A stretch of 61,861 nucleotides of DNA, filler included, from Syncephalis fuscata S228 (lineage: Eukaryota; Fungi; Zoopagomycota), in the NCBI GenBank assembly GCA_025786725.1. It is 5 parts of 5 records of this genome, joined end to end, with 100 filler letters (N's around TTAATTAATTAA, not from the genome) between each part and the next. Parts side by side here need not be neighbours in the genome. Positions count along the whole stretch, not along the records: positions 15,284 to 27,835 come from JAHLTZ010000265.1; positions 27,936 to 40,972 come from JAHLTZ010000252.1; 3 more parts are not named here. One strand, written 5' to 3'. The translations under genes and the position numbers were made by a program. Each line of letters begins with the position of its first letter. Positions within the stretch are counted from its first letter, which is position 1. The notes beneath the pieces are model-generated. The model was not told the origin of the DNA and searched no databases. It saw nothing but the letters and a program-made list of their open reading frames with translations. Shown in pieces: positions 26,309 to 37,900 of the stretch.

Positions 26309-27172
26309 GAACAAGTGGTGAGTTCTATTTAATCATCACATCATCACATTTATTGTGATTTAGCGGCAAATGATTACATTTAATAGCATTCAGTTGATTG
26401 AACTGATGGTGGGTGGTGAGTGACATTAATCATCAAATACTCATCATTGTAGATTCATTATCCAGTATACATATTCAGTATACATATATCCTCTATTCAC
26501 CTATATCATTTCTATACTATTCCACACCGCCATATACCATTCTACAATATACTAGACACATTCCGTTTATTATATACTCCAACGCACTACACTCGCCTCA
26601 CTTATTACATTATACGCACTATAACTTCAACAGCGTTTTATATGCCATTCAATAATTATCTAACCTTCCTCTATCCAAAAACTGCTTTTATTTTTGTTCT
26701 AGCTTTATTATTTATAAATGTTGACTAGTTCCGCTCATTGATCATGCATTATATGCTCAATAGCTTTAACAGAGCTAATCGCCGTTCAATATTGTATCTT
26801 CGTTATATTGCATATTATTTTATTATATATTGAACATGCGCTGTCTGTAGCTGTTGTCTGTTTGGTTCTAGCTCAGTTATTAATGTTTCAACTAGTGTCA
26901 GTCATTCGTCCATCAGTTTATATGTACTTGAAATTTATAGCAAACAAATGTATTCAATATAGCATAAAACTATATATAATAGTATAAATTTACAGCGATA
27001 ATTATATAGGCGGATAAAGGATACAAGTAAATGGTGGATATATGCATACTGGATAATGAATCTACGATGATGAGTATTTGATAACTGATGTCATTCACCC
27101 GCCATCATGTTTAATAGATTAAATATTACTAAATACAGTCGTTTGACCGCCAGAAAACAATATAATTAAATA
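26309..27172 (-). repeat. Right copy of ~860-bp inverted repeat
   Basis: Reverse complement of 20493-21354. Confidence 0.95.
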
Positions 27173-27414
27173 GTTTGCAGTAATAATCATGCTTAGCACT
27201 AACACTAATGCTAATGCTTAAACATATAATGTCAGTCATAAGTGCAGTTTAATTCAGTCTATAAACAATATTATGGTGATCGCGACTACAACAACACAGT
27301 GCTTCTATAGTAATGTGTAGATGCGACAATTAGTTATCTATCGTTGTGTTCTATAGCGTTAAAGGCTATACCGCTCTATAACTAATACTTTTTACTAGAA
27401 ACTAATTGTGATTT

Positions 27415-27505
27415 AATATGATTTGATGGTTAAATGACTAAAATATTAAAAACTACACATTTGTTCTATTGAACATGATGATGGATGGTAAGTCATATAG
27501 GTCAT
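27415..27505 (+). repeat. Diverged relic of the same TIR family
   Basis: TGATTTGATGGTTAAATGACTA...TATTGAACATGATGATGGATGGTAAGT resembles the TIRs at about 20505, 26355 and 41118. Confidence 0.55.
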
Positions 27506-27835
27506 CAAAGTATATGTATTGTAAATGCCGCCCTATCGCTGCATTTTCACAGTATCGCAATATTAATATTTGCATTGTTTTATTAGCTTTCTACAGTTTC
27601 ATACAGACTTATTTGACGTTAGCTAGTTTAGCAAGCAATAAACATAAATGGCCAGCATAATACATACTTTTAAGCAATCAATAAGTTTAGGTATACTTTT
27701 ATTGTTTGTTTATCTGTGTGTATAGTTCAACAAATGAAATGAATCAAGCTTATTGGTAATTGAAATAGAGACAAACGGATAGCAGTTATGAATAGTACTT
27801 AACTAGTACAATAAATAATATGGAATAATATGAAT

Positions 27836-27935
27836 NNNNNNNNNNNNNNNNNNNNNNNNNNNNNNNNNNNNNNNNNNNNTTAATTAATTAANNNNNNNNN
27901 NNNNNNNNNNNNNNNNNNNNNNNNNNNNNNNNNNN
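27836..27935. other. Artificial linker
   Basis: N44-TTAATTAATTAA-N44. Confidence 0.97.
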
Positions 27936-28026
27936 CTTCGGACATATTGTCGGGTACCGGCTCGTCAGTAGCCATTGCGGCTGCTGAGTTACGCGTACTA
28001 CGACCAGAACGGGTTATACTAGACAT
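27936..28026 (-). CDS. Probable start of a gene truncated by the linker (MSSITRSGRSTRNSAAAMATDEPVPDNMSE)
   Basis: GC-rich open frame from ATG 28026 to the gap. Confidence 0.4.
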
Positions 28027-28319
28027 GGTTATTAACAATGAACAATGAACAATGAGATGATTTGATGGAAGTGAGGTACGAGAATGAATATGAATGTTAC
28101 GATGGTAGAGACTATCAAATAGTGTTATATCTGTAGTATTGGGACTACGCGAACGGGCAGTTTATGGGCAAACTGCCCAGGTCCTCCACCAATTGTCGTA
28201 TTACTATTATGAAGGGGGACTGAGTAATACGGCAAGGTAGATAAAACACTAGGATCTTGTAATAAAAGGTTTTTCTTAGGATTGAACTACTTTATTAATA
28301 AATGTAAATATTCCAGCTT

Positions 28320-29423
28320 TTATAGCTGGCTTGACACATCGATTACGTGGTACCCGTGTACCACGTGTTCTGAATATGTCGCCACAGTACCTGATGATTT
28401 ACTGGCCTTTCGGAGTGATTGGTGAACATCTGTAGCTATGCGAGAATGACGACAATTCTGACTACTCTTTCTACTAATGTTTGATCGGCCAGAGGCAGTT
28501 TTATTTTCAGTTTGGTTAATTACTGCGTCATGATCTAATTTATTAGCATCAAGGCCATGAGTACTGCCATTATCATCATCATCATTATCATAGTTTTTGT
28601 TGTAGTCACTAATGAATGGAACTGCTTGAGCAGCCACAAGGGCCGAGCTACGCTTAGCCACTACTGTGTTCCCGCTGCTATTGTGGCCGACTGGTTGTGT
28701 GATAGACGGCTGAGTTGCTAATGAGTGAATTGCATTATCGTCTGTATCACGGCTTTGTCGGCCAACTGCTCGTATTGATATAGCACCGGATCCTGCCGGT
28801 CCTTCCAAAATCTCTGCTCTTCCGCTTTCATTCGACAAAGAGATTGCAAGCGGTGTGCCATGCGCAGCGATCGCGTGACTGTCGCCGTTGCCCATATTGG
28901 TCAGAATATTATTACAAGTAGCCTGGTCTATGGTGCGTGTCAGCGTGGAATAAGCGTCTATAGAAATGTCACTACTGTTGCGTTGACTACAACGTAACGG
29001 TTTTGAAAGGTAATTAACTTCGTTGTCAGAGTCTGCGACAAACGAAAGTCTCGAGGGTAATACGCGATTTGGAGTAGTTGACTGGTGAGTCAAAGAAAAA
29101 GTATTATTAGGTTCTATAATAGTTAAAGAATCGCTGCAGGGTGCAGGAGAGGATCGTTGCTGTTGTCGTTGCTGCTGTTGTAATAAGCGTAAAGAGGAAG
29201 AAGGACAAAAGGAGGTGCTGACTAATAGGGGCTGAGACAAGGAGGATATAGCAGCAGGAGTAGTATTGGTAGTGGTGGTAGAAGTAGCGGTACTAGTAGA
29301 AGTAGTAATATTGGTATTGGCAGGAGTTGTTGGCGGAGAAGTTGAAAAAGGCTGTGGCAATGGCGGTGATATTGCTGTTTCCATGGTTGTTAATGCCTTG
29401 AGGCGTCGAGGGGTACAAGGCAT
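28320..29423 (-). CDS. Ser/Thr-rich low-complexity hypothetical protein
   Basis: ~1.1-kb open frame with poly-Q/T tracts like those in neighbouring genes; no recognised domain. Confidence 0.5.
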   Translation of the reverse strand: MPCTPRRLKALTTMETAISPPLPQPFSTSPPTTPANTNITTSTSTATSTTTTNTTPAAISSLSQPLLVSTSFCPSSSLRLLQQQQRQQQRSSPAPCSDSLTIIEPNNTFSLTHQSTTPNRVLPSRLSFVADSDNEVNYLSKPLRCSQRNSSDISIDAYSTLTRTIDQATCNNILTNMGNGDSHAIAAHGTPLAISLSNESGRAEILEGPAGSGAISIRAVGRQSRDTDDNAIHSLATQPSITQPVGHNSSGNTVVAKRSSALVAAQAVPFISDYNKNYDNDDDDNGSTHGLDANKLDHDAVINQTENKTASGRSNISRKSSQNCRHSRIATDVHQSLRKASKSSGTVATYSEHVVHGYHVIDVSSQL

Positions 29424-29933
29424 TTGATGTTGATACACAGACTTCAATGGCCACGTGGTTCCAAGTTAGTATGGGAAATATACCAGCTTAATAATTATAG
29501 TAAACTGCAGTCCAGTATGGCCTATCTTGAAGCAAGAAAAATGTCTTAAAATAAAGATAGTTTTTTAAGCAACTGAACGCACAGCGATTATAAATGACAA
29601 GCGTCAAATAGACAGAAATAAAAACAAAATAAAAACTGGTAATAAATGAATGCACAAAGAAGCAAAATATCTATACTGAGCAAAAAAGAAGCAACAAGTT
29701 TTCAATATGATGGTGCTGTGCAATGATCAATAAAAATTGTCGACTAGACGTAATATTATCAAATGCAATTAGTTTTATAGCAAAATTAGTGTTGCTGTTG
29801 CTATTTTTGTTGTAGCATGCCTAGAACAATAGTTTGTATTGTGCACATTGTGGCTATCATCCAGCAAGATGGAATTGGCCGAATAGTAGCGCGCGTATAC
29901 ATGCATTAGTGATCAACAGCAACGGGCTACTTT

Positions 29934-30713
29934 CATTTCTCGGGTATCACCGCCGAAAGGTGACAGGTGCGCCAGTGAAACAAAAACTAACATCATGTTA
30001 TCTGCTGTCATTGCTCTAGAGCAGCGGCTAGAATAACAACCATGGCGTTACACACATAGCTGCATCCAGCAGTTACGCATGATTGAGTCTCCATCCCTAT
30101 AGCTATGTGGCGCGTGCCCACAGCTATGCATAGGTAGTCATGCGCTTCTATTATTGTATTTTCAAAGGCAAGCATCGTTGATACTTGCTGTTGAGCTGGT
30201 ATCACTATGCACAAGTAACAAAGGATCGATTGCACGTATCATAGTATGAAGTATTTGTGTTATGTTTGGCGTCATTCAAATGATCCTGACTAGTGCTTGC
30301 TTACACATAGTAGTTGTGCATGGATTTGTGCATGTTATGCTATCAAGCTGCATTCTGCTGCACATGTGTGATTTGAACAGCAAGCAGACAATAAACGACC
30401 ATTTTGGAGCATAGTAGTATGGCTTTTGCTAGCATGACGTGTGTACAGCAATATGTCATACTAGCGTGCCCTGTGGAGACCAGAGTATTAAGTGCTGCGG
30501 TATTTTCAATAATAGTATAGTTGGTAAGTTTCGGGCCGATCATAAAAACAAGCTATTGTGCAACAACACTATCATGCAGCGTAGCTATCAGTTATAAGCA
30601 TACCAATGCAACTATTGGCACTGACAGCACAAATAATCATGACGTTACTCAATGACCAACATGCCATTTAGTATTGTTATCGCCATACGTCATAGAATCA
30701 ATGATACTAATGC
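29934..30713 (+). repeat. 780-bp direct repeat, copy 1
   Basis: Matches 34142-34921 with about 4 substitutions. Confidence 0.95.
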
Positions 30714-32051
30714 ATGATAATTTTCGTCATAACTATTACCCGCTTATCAGTAATCTTAATGCTATGTTTTTTAAAATACATAGGGCATTAGCTGTAACTA
30801 TAATATTTATACAATGCTCTACATAATACAGTATTTCAGCAATGGCAGAAGGCGATAAATTATTATAACAATAATGTTACTTAGTGATAAATCATTTTTA
30901 ATATTAGATAGTAATATTTCTATTAATTATCAACGAGAATAGACAGTTATATTTTATTAAAACCAATTATATTTCATTTACGGCCATGCAGTAATTTATA
31001 TTTTGATATTGCTCAACAATACCATCACAAATTAGTAAACATGAACGTACAGCTAGGCAATAGATTGCTACAAAGGTTATATACTTTTACGTCCTTTCAA
31101 TTACCACATTACAAACAATATGATTTGTTGTGTTTAGTAAAATTAGTAAATAAAACGCTTTTTTCTTTGTTAACAGTAAGCTAGAATTTATAATTATCCT
31201 TATTAACAGTGTGAGCCACTAAATTATAAAAAACTATAAAATGTTATCAAGTGTAGTTATTTGATTATTAAATTACACCAATGAATTAATAATTTGCTTA
31301 ATAGTAGTGTAAAATAGTACAACTAGGATAACTAACTGGATTATTGCTATTATTGCTATTATTGCTAAATAAATATGATAATTGTGGTTATATCAAGTGT
31401 AATTATACTATTTTAATACTAATGAAGCATCTTGATTTCTTTCTGTAGTATTTTAGTACAAATCTGATAACTAAATATCGTATTATATACACTTTCATTA
31501 ATTATTGCCATATTTTTAGTAATGCTTTAAATACTTATTGTGTAAACCGTTTGCAATATATTGTTGTGAATAAAACAACTAACTGAAGGATAATATACTA
31601 ATAAAGCGAAGATCAATACTTTAAACAAATTGTATGTATATTTGTATTTAGCGCATGATACATAAATATCTGAATATATATGCTAAGTAATTTTTAAAAA
31701 CATGAAGATTATGAATCTATTTTTGAACTGCAATAATATAATTGTTAACGGCATAAGCACAATATCAGCCTAATAGATATTTTGCTATTTGGCCTTGTGT
31801 AATGAGCTAATGTCTAAACGGAAGTGCTATCTGGTTCTGGTTTCTATAAATAAATATCAGTTTTGAATCCTCAATGTGCATCTGGCTTGTGACGTGCAAG
31901 ATGTCAACTTCTTTCGCATCTTTACAATGATGCTTCGTTTAGTACAGCATATTTAAATATCTACACTACATTAATTGGCAGCATATTTGGCAGCACTGTT
32001 GCCTTAAAGCAAGCATGTTGCATTATAATAACACTACTGATTTATACCCGA

Positions 32052-32996
32052 TTGGTACTTATAAGTTTATGCAAAAGAATTCTTTGGTCTGAAAGAGAAA
32101 CGAGGAGAATTAACACACGGACGGACCGAACTCAAAGTTCATGTTATTATGAGCTATGTTCAAGCGCGCAATGCCAATATTGCTATTCGATTAGTTATGG
32201 AACAGTCGTTAGCACTCGCAAAATGGCGCTGTCTGATGTCTTCAGTTTTATATATTGGCATTTCAATACCTACAATTTTTTCCAAAGCTTTTCTATAACT
32301 TTGCCTTTCATTTAATTATATTAGCAATTTATTCTGAATTTGCCATTCCCATCTCCATTATGTGCTACAATACCATTTTGCTACAAAAAGCATACGCAAT
32401 GTCCAATAAGAGTCGCTGGGTACTTGTAATAGGCGTAATGTTAATTACTCTACAAATGACAGTCACCTTTATGATATTAGACGTATTACTCCTAGTAATA
32501 ATTTACGTAACTATGGCTACTTTTATTATTCAAAAATTGGATTCCGATCTGGGTCTGTACAGCTCTAGCTGTCAACCTATTTCTCTCGTTTGTATTTAGC
32601 TACACTGCCTATAAACAATATAATAAGTTTGGTTCTAAAACCTGAAGGCGCTTAGCTAGCGATGGCATTCAATTTATGTGCCTTGTTATGCTTTGCAATA
32701 CAATCTGTACCGTTGTAATGTCTTCTTGGTAACAAATGGTTTTTTTCACTTTCCTGTTTTATTGATTGGTAGGTTTAATCGGCTATATTATTTTGCTTCA
32801 TGTTCACTTAAACTATATTAACTCAATATGTTTAACTATTTTGATTGAAGACTACCGTAGGACACGCAATGTATTAAACGAGGTTAATCGCCCAAAAACC
32901 GAGAGAATGCTTCATATTTCACAAATACCGTTGCCAATGTATGAAGAGACAAACGCTAATACAGCCAAACAGCCACTTATATCGTATCATACTTAA
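32052..32996 (+). pseudogene. Decayed 7TM gene, class 2
   Basis: Fragments MSYVQARNANIAIRLV, CYNTILLQKAYAMSNKSRWVLVIG, *RRLASDGIQFMCLVMLCN and FIDW followed by an intron; stops and frameshifts. Confidence 0.7.
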
Positions 32997-34141
32997 TATT
33001 TTATAACTTTTAACAACTTTTGGCAATAGTTGCATTGTCTAATAAATTGACTTTGATGATTGCTAAAATGATTCAACACAAACTTTATTATAGCAAGCAG
33101 AGCATTTGCAAGTGCTTGATCATACAAATTGCTGCAAAGCTTTTATTTACGCACATTTAACTCGTGAATATTGCATAAAAACTATGCATGCACTATATCA
33201 TTTCACATTTTTAATACACTTAGAGGCATATTAATTATAAGAATAAATTATTTAATCACTTTAAACAATGATACTTTTTGATATTATTAATACGCAACAG
33301 TAGACAATTGACTAATTTAACAGTTTGTCATATACATTTAAAACAGGCAGCAAGTGCCATAAACTTTAATTCTGTTTATAGTTTATTTTTATATTATAAT
33401 CGAATAACAATTCAGCTATACTTTTGCGCGATTATGTTTTTTACAATTCATTAAATTACATAAATAGGCGGAGTTTTAAATTAAGCTTGCTGCATTATTG
33501 TACTTGAACTTCTTTCCATCCCACATTTTATACTATGTGCCTTACCAGAGTTTTAACAATGTTATGCATACTTGATATTGTTGCTCAAACAATAATAAAA
33601 TTAAATCTTCTTACTCTAGTTTACTTTAGCTTGTTGTCAGGGGTTATACAGTTGCAGCTTTTGTTATAAACCTACTAATTTGAAATATATCTAAATGTTA
33701 GTCATTTGCTTTCGATAACAATATAAAAATACAAGCTAAACAGCTAAAAATTATTATAATAGCATTAAATATTTTGTTTTAATAATGGAACTCTGCATAT
33801 GATAAATTAATTTAATCTGTAAATTGCGTGTAAAAAATGTATCACACTATTTTGACAATATATAAACATGCTACAAATTAATATAAATACGATAGGCAAT
33901 AAAATACAAGCTGAACTAATAATTTCTTACTTTTAGCTAATGTTTATGTGTGTTTATAATTTTTATCAAATACTAAAAATGAAAGAATACTATTGTATAT
34001 AATAACAAAATAAAAGTAACAATTAAAAAATATCAATAAAAATAATGATATTCGAGAAATACTGTGTGTAGCGGAGACATTTTTATTTCTGTTAGAATAT
34101 GATAGAGCTATAAGACAGCAATAATTTAGGTAATAAATAAC

Positions 34142-34921
34142 CATTTCTTGGGTATCACCGCCTAAAGGTGACAGGTGCGCCAGTGAAACAAAAACTAACA
34201 TCATGTTATCTGCTGTCATTGCTCTAGAGCAGCGGCTAGAATAACAACCATGGCGTTACACACATAGCTGCATCCAGCAGTTACGCATGATTGAGTCTCC
34301 ATCCCTATAGCTATGTGGCGCGTGCCCACGGCTATGCATAGGTAGTCATGCGCTTCTATTATTGTATTTTCAAAGGCAAGCATCGTTGATACTTGCTGTT
34401 GAGCTGGTATCACTATGCACAAGTAACAAAGGATCGATTGCACGTATCATAGTATGAAGTATTTGTGTTATGTTTGGCGTCATTCAAATGATCCTGACTA
34501 GTGCTTGCTTACACATAGTAGTTGTGCATGGATTTGTGCATGTTATGCTATCAAGCTGCATTCTGCTGCACATGTGTGATTTGAACAGCAAGCAGACAAT
34601 AAACGACCATTTTGGAGCATAGTAGTATGGCTTTTGCTAGCATGACGTGTGTACAGCAATATGTCATCCTAGCGTGCCCTGTGGAGACCAGAGTATTAAG
34701 TGCTGCGGTATTTTCAATAATAGTATAGTTGGTAAGTTTCGGGCCGATCATAAAAACAAGCTATTGTGCAACAACACTATCATGCAGCGTAGCTATCAGT
34801 TATAAGCATACCAATGCAACTATTGGCACTGACAGCACAAATAATCATGACGTTACTCAATGACCAACATGCCATTTAGTATTGTTATCGCCATACGTCA
34901 TAGAATCAATGATACTAATGC
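34142..34921 (+). repeat. 780-bp direct repeat, copy 2
   Basis: Matches 29934-30713. Confidence 0.95.
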
Positions 34922-37900
34922 TTAGTGTGTGTTTTATGGTTTCTACTCATTCAAAAGCAATTATAATGACTGGTTGACGCTGATAATCCAACTATTTAGC
35001 TAAAACTTTTTGCTTTGGCTGCTAATAAACGCAGTTAGCAATCGATTACCAATTGTAATTTGTAAAATTACAAAAACAAAAATAAAACAACTCAGATCAT
35101 TCACTGGTATTTGATTAATTTTATGTGTCTATTAGGCAATTGATTTGCTTCCACGTGAATCTTATACATAGCACGCCAATTCATGGGAACACAAAATTTT
35201 GCAGCCAATAGTTTATTGCCAGCTTACATATGTTTTGGCATTTAAAGCAGAATTTATGGCTTCTTTGTATGATGGACACGAGTAGAACACTCGCGCTCAT
35301 AGGTCAAATAATTATGATTTTGCAATAGTTGTGCTATGGTTGTGACATGTGGTTCAAAAGATGTGTGGACAAATAAGGAAATCAGCCTTATTGCTTCGCA
35401 CCACTCGCAAAAAGGGCCGAAACCGGAACCAATAAAAGTTTCTCAGATGATGAACAATAGACTGTACTTGTGAACGCACTCTCAGCAAGGATGGCGTGAG
35501 TGATATCGAGACCCATGCCGGTATTGTTGTTGTTATCCATGTGCCCACATGTAGGCTAATGTACAAGAGAAAATTTTACTTATTTACCGTCATTGTGACG
35601 ACAATAATAGCATGCCGATACACGCGACTGTCGTGTCTAGGCCAGATCTAACAACAAGCAGGGGATAACTGTAGCGCATATCGACCAATTATAGACAGTG
35701 TTAGACAAACGTACGGTCAATTTACTTTGAGTTCATTGGTGTTTGAAATAACTTGAAATAGGTATGGCTAAACAGCGCAACCTGCTCGTTTCATTTTCTG
35801 ATGAGTGGAGCATAACACGTAATCTCAATTTATTAGTAATTTAACATTGACACTAGTGGTTTATCGTTTTGCTTCAGAGGCCATCTAATTGATATTCAGT
35901 TAAGCTGCACGACAACAGTAAACAAAGACCATGGCATGCATTTAAATCATGATAAGAAATGCTAGGCATTTGCATATGAACAATATAATGAGTTTGCGCA
36001 ACATGGATTTCGACGCCAACCACCTTGTATCCTGTATTGATAGCGTAAATGGCAACCACATGGCAATGGCAGCAGGAATCAAGACGGCAGCAGCAGCAGC
36101 AGCAACAGCAACAGCAGAGACGGCATAGTCAGCGGCAGCAGAAACAAGAATAAAAAATACGAGCAGTCAAATAAACCCGGGAGCTAGTTATACCCGGCTT
36201 TACTGGCCAGCAAATTAAACCAGCTTGATACCAATGTTATCAAATTAACAGGGTTGCTAACATCAAACAATGTGTCGTCGGGACTAGAAGTATACGGCCA
36301 TCAAATGTTTATTTTTTATATAGCGTATATTTAATATAGCGTGGCTTTAAACCTGGTTGCATATTGACGCGAGTGGCAAATGTCCTTTATTCGTTGTGTA
36401 AATGAATAAAATGATGGTTTAAATAAACGTGGCGTGAAAACACTATACACACATGTACATCCGTAGAATTATATTGATTTTATTGTGAGGTCTAGAATTT
36501 GGAACAAGTACTGCTTCTATACAGGATTCGTGGCATCTCATCACGTCTAAGGTCTGCACGTATGCCATTCCTTTGGTTACACACAAGTCGACATTGATGG
36601 AGCAGAAATTTGCGAACAGACACTTTCAACGGGCACTCTGTACAGGAGAAATACATGCCAGGGCGCGTTATCCATGGATGCAAACGAGACTGCTCAATGC
36701 CTCCTTTCTACAGCGATGCTCATTCGCTCTCATTCTTCCTACCTTTTCAAGCTTGCTCCAAATTAGTCAATACTGGTATGACTAACTTATACACTGCTGA
36801 TTGCTACACTTGCGCATGCGCCAGTACCGCCTTAACAGCGCTGATCCCAAAACGACTGGATTCTTGTAGTTTGTTGATTTGAGTGATGTTGATGCTGGTA
36901 ATGGCAATGATGCTGCTGCTGCTGCTGCTGCTAATAATAATAATGAATGGCCGCCTTTGCTTGGCTTGTTAGATTTGTTTTCACTCCACTTGTTCTTTCG
37001 CTTCATCGTTAATGTCAGATCCTGTTCATCAAAAACGTCATATACTGTTTTAGTTCACCGGTCGTCCTAGCACTGCATTGCTTCCTCCGATTTGGTCATA
37101 TTGAGCACTCCGCTTCAGTAACGCGCCCATATCTTCTTGCTATTTTAACTTCTCCAAACTATACGCTCTACTTTCTACGATTATTAGTACTACCAATATT
37201 GCTATCACTAGTATCTTTGCTGTTTCCCGTTACTCAAAGATTATCCATCGCCCGATAACTAGTGGTGCTTATCCTCCACGTGCTCACAAACCTTTTCTTT
37301 CTTCTTTCCTTACTTCCGACGTATCACGCTAATTCCATCCTCACTCATCCAAGCCTTCAAACATCTACCCACTCACCCGCTCACCACTCATCCACCCATT
37401 CACATCCCTCACTACTCCTCAATTACCCCACTCAATATCATTTCATTTGCTGCTGGCACGCGACATTTGTTTTTGCCACCGCATGACCAAGTCGCGTAGC
37501 CACCTAGGATAATTCTTTCTACGATCAAACATCTCTCCTTATTCCGCCCCCACGATAGCTGCTCCACATCATTACCGTCGTCGTCCCCATATCATCATTA
37601 ACAACAACATCATTATTATTACTCTTGGCCACCATCTTCCCTGTATTCCCCTCCCCATTGCACCATTGCACATCGCTCAGTACTAGTTTGGTTCCATTCA
37701 CCGGCGTAACACTGCTCACTTGTGCACATTATCCTACATCAGCTTTTTTCCAGTGGTTCTACATAACCTTTAACGCCATTTTTTCTATTGCACTAAAACA
37801 CCTGAATTGTAGAAACTTGTTGGTGTTTTCTTGTAGTATCCTTTACCCTCCTTTCCTACTCTTTCTATTCGACTCCTCGTTTACTTCTACGATTCTATTC

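Noticed and set aside
29934-34921. LTR retrotransposon
   Set aside because: No TG...CA termini, PBS, PPT, TSD or pol remnants found.
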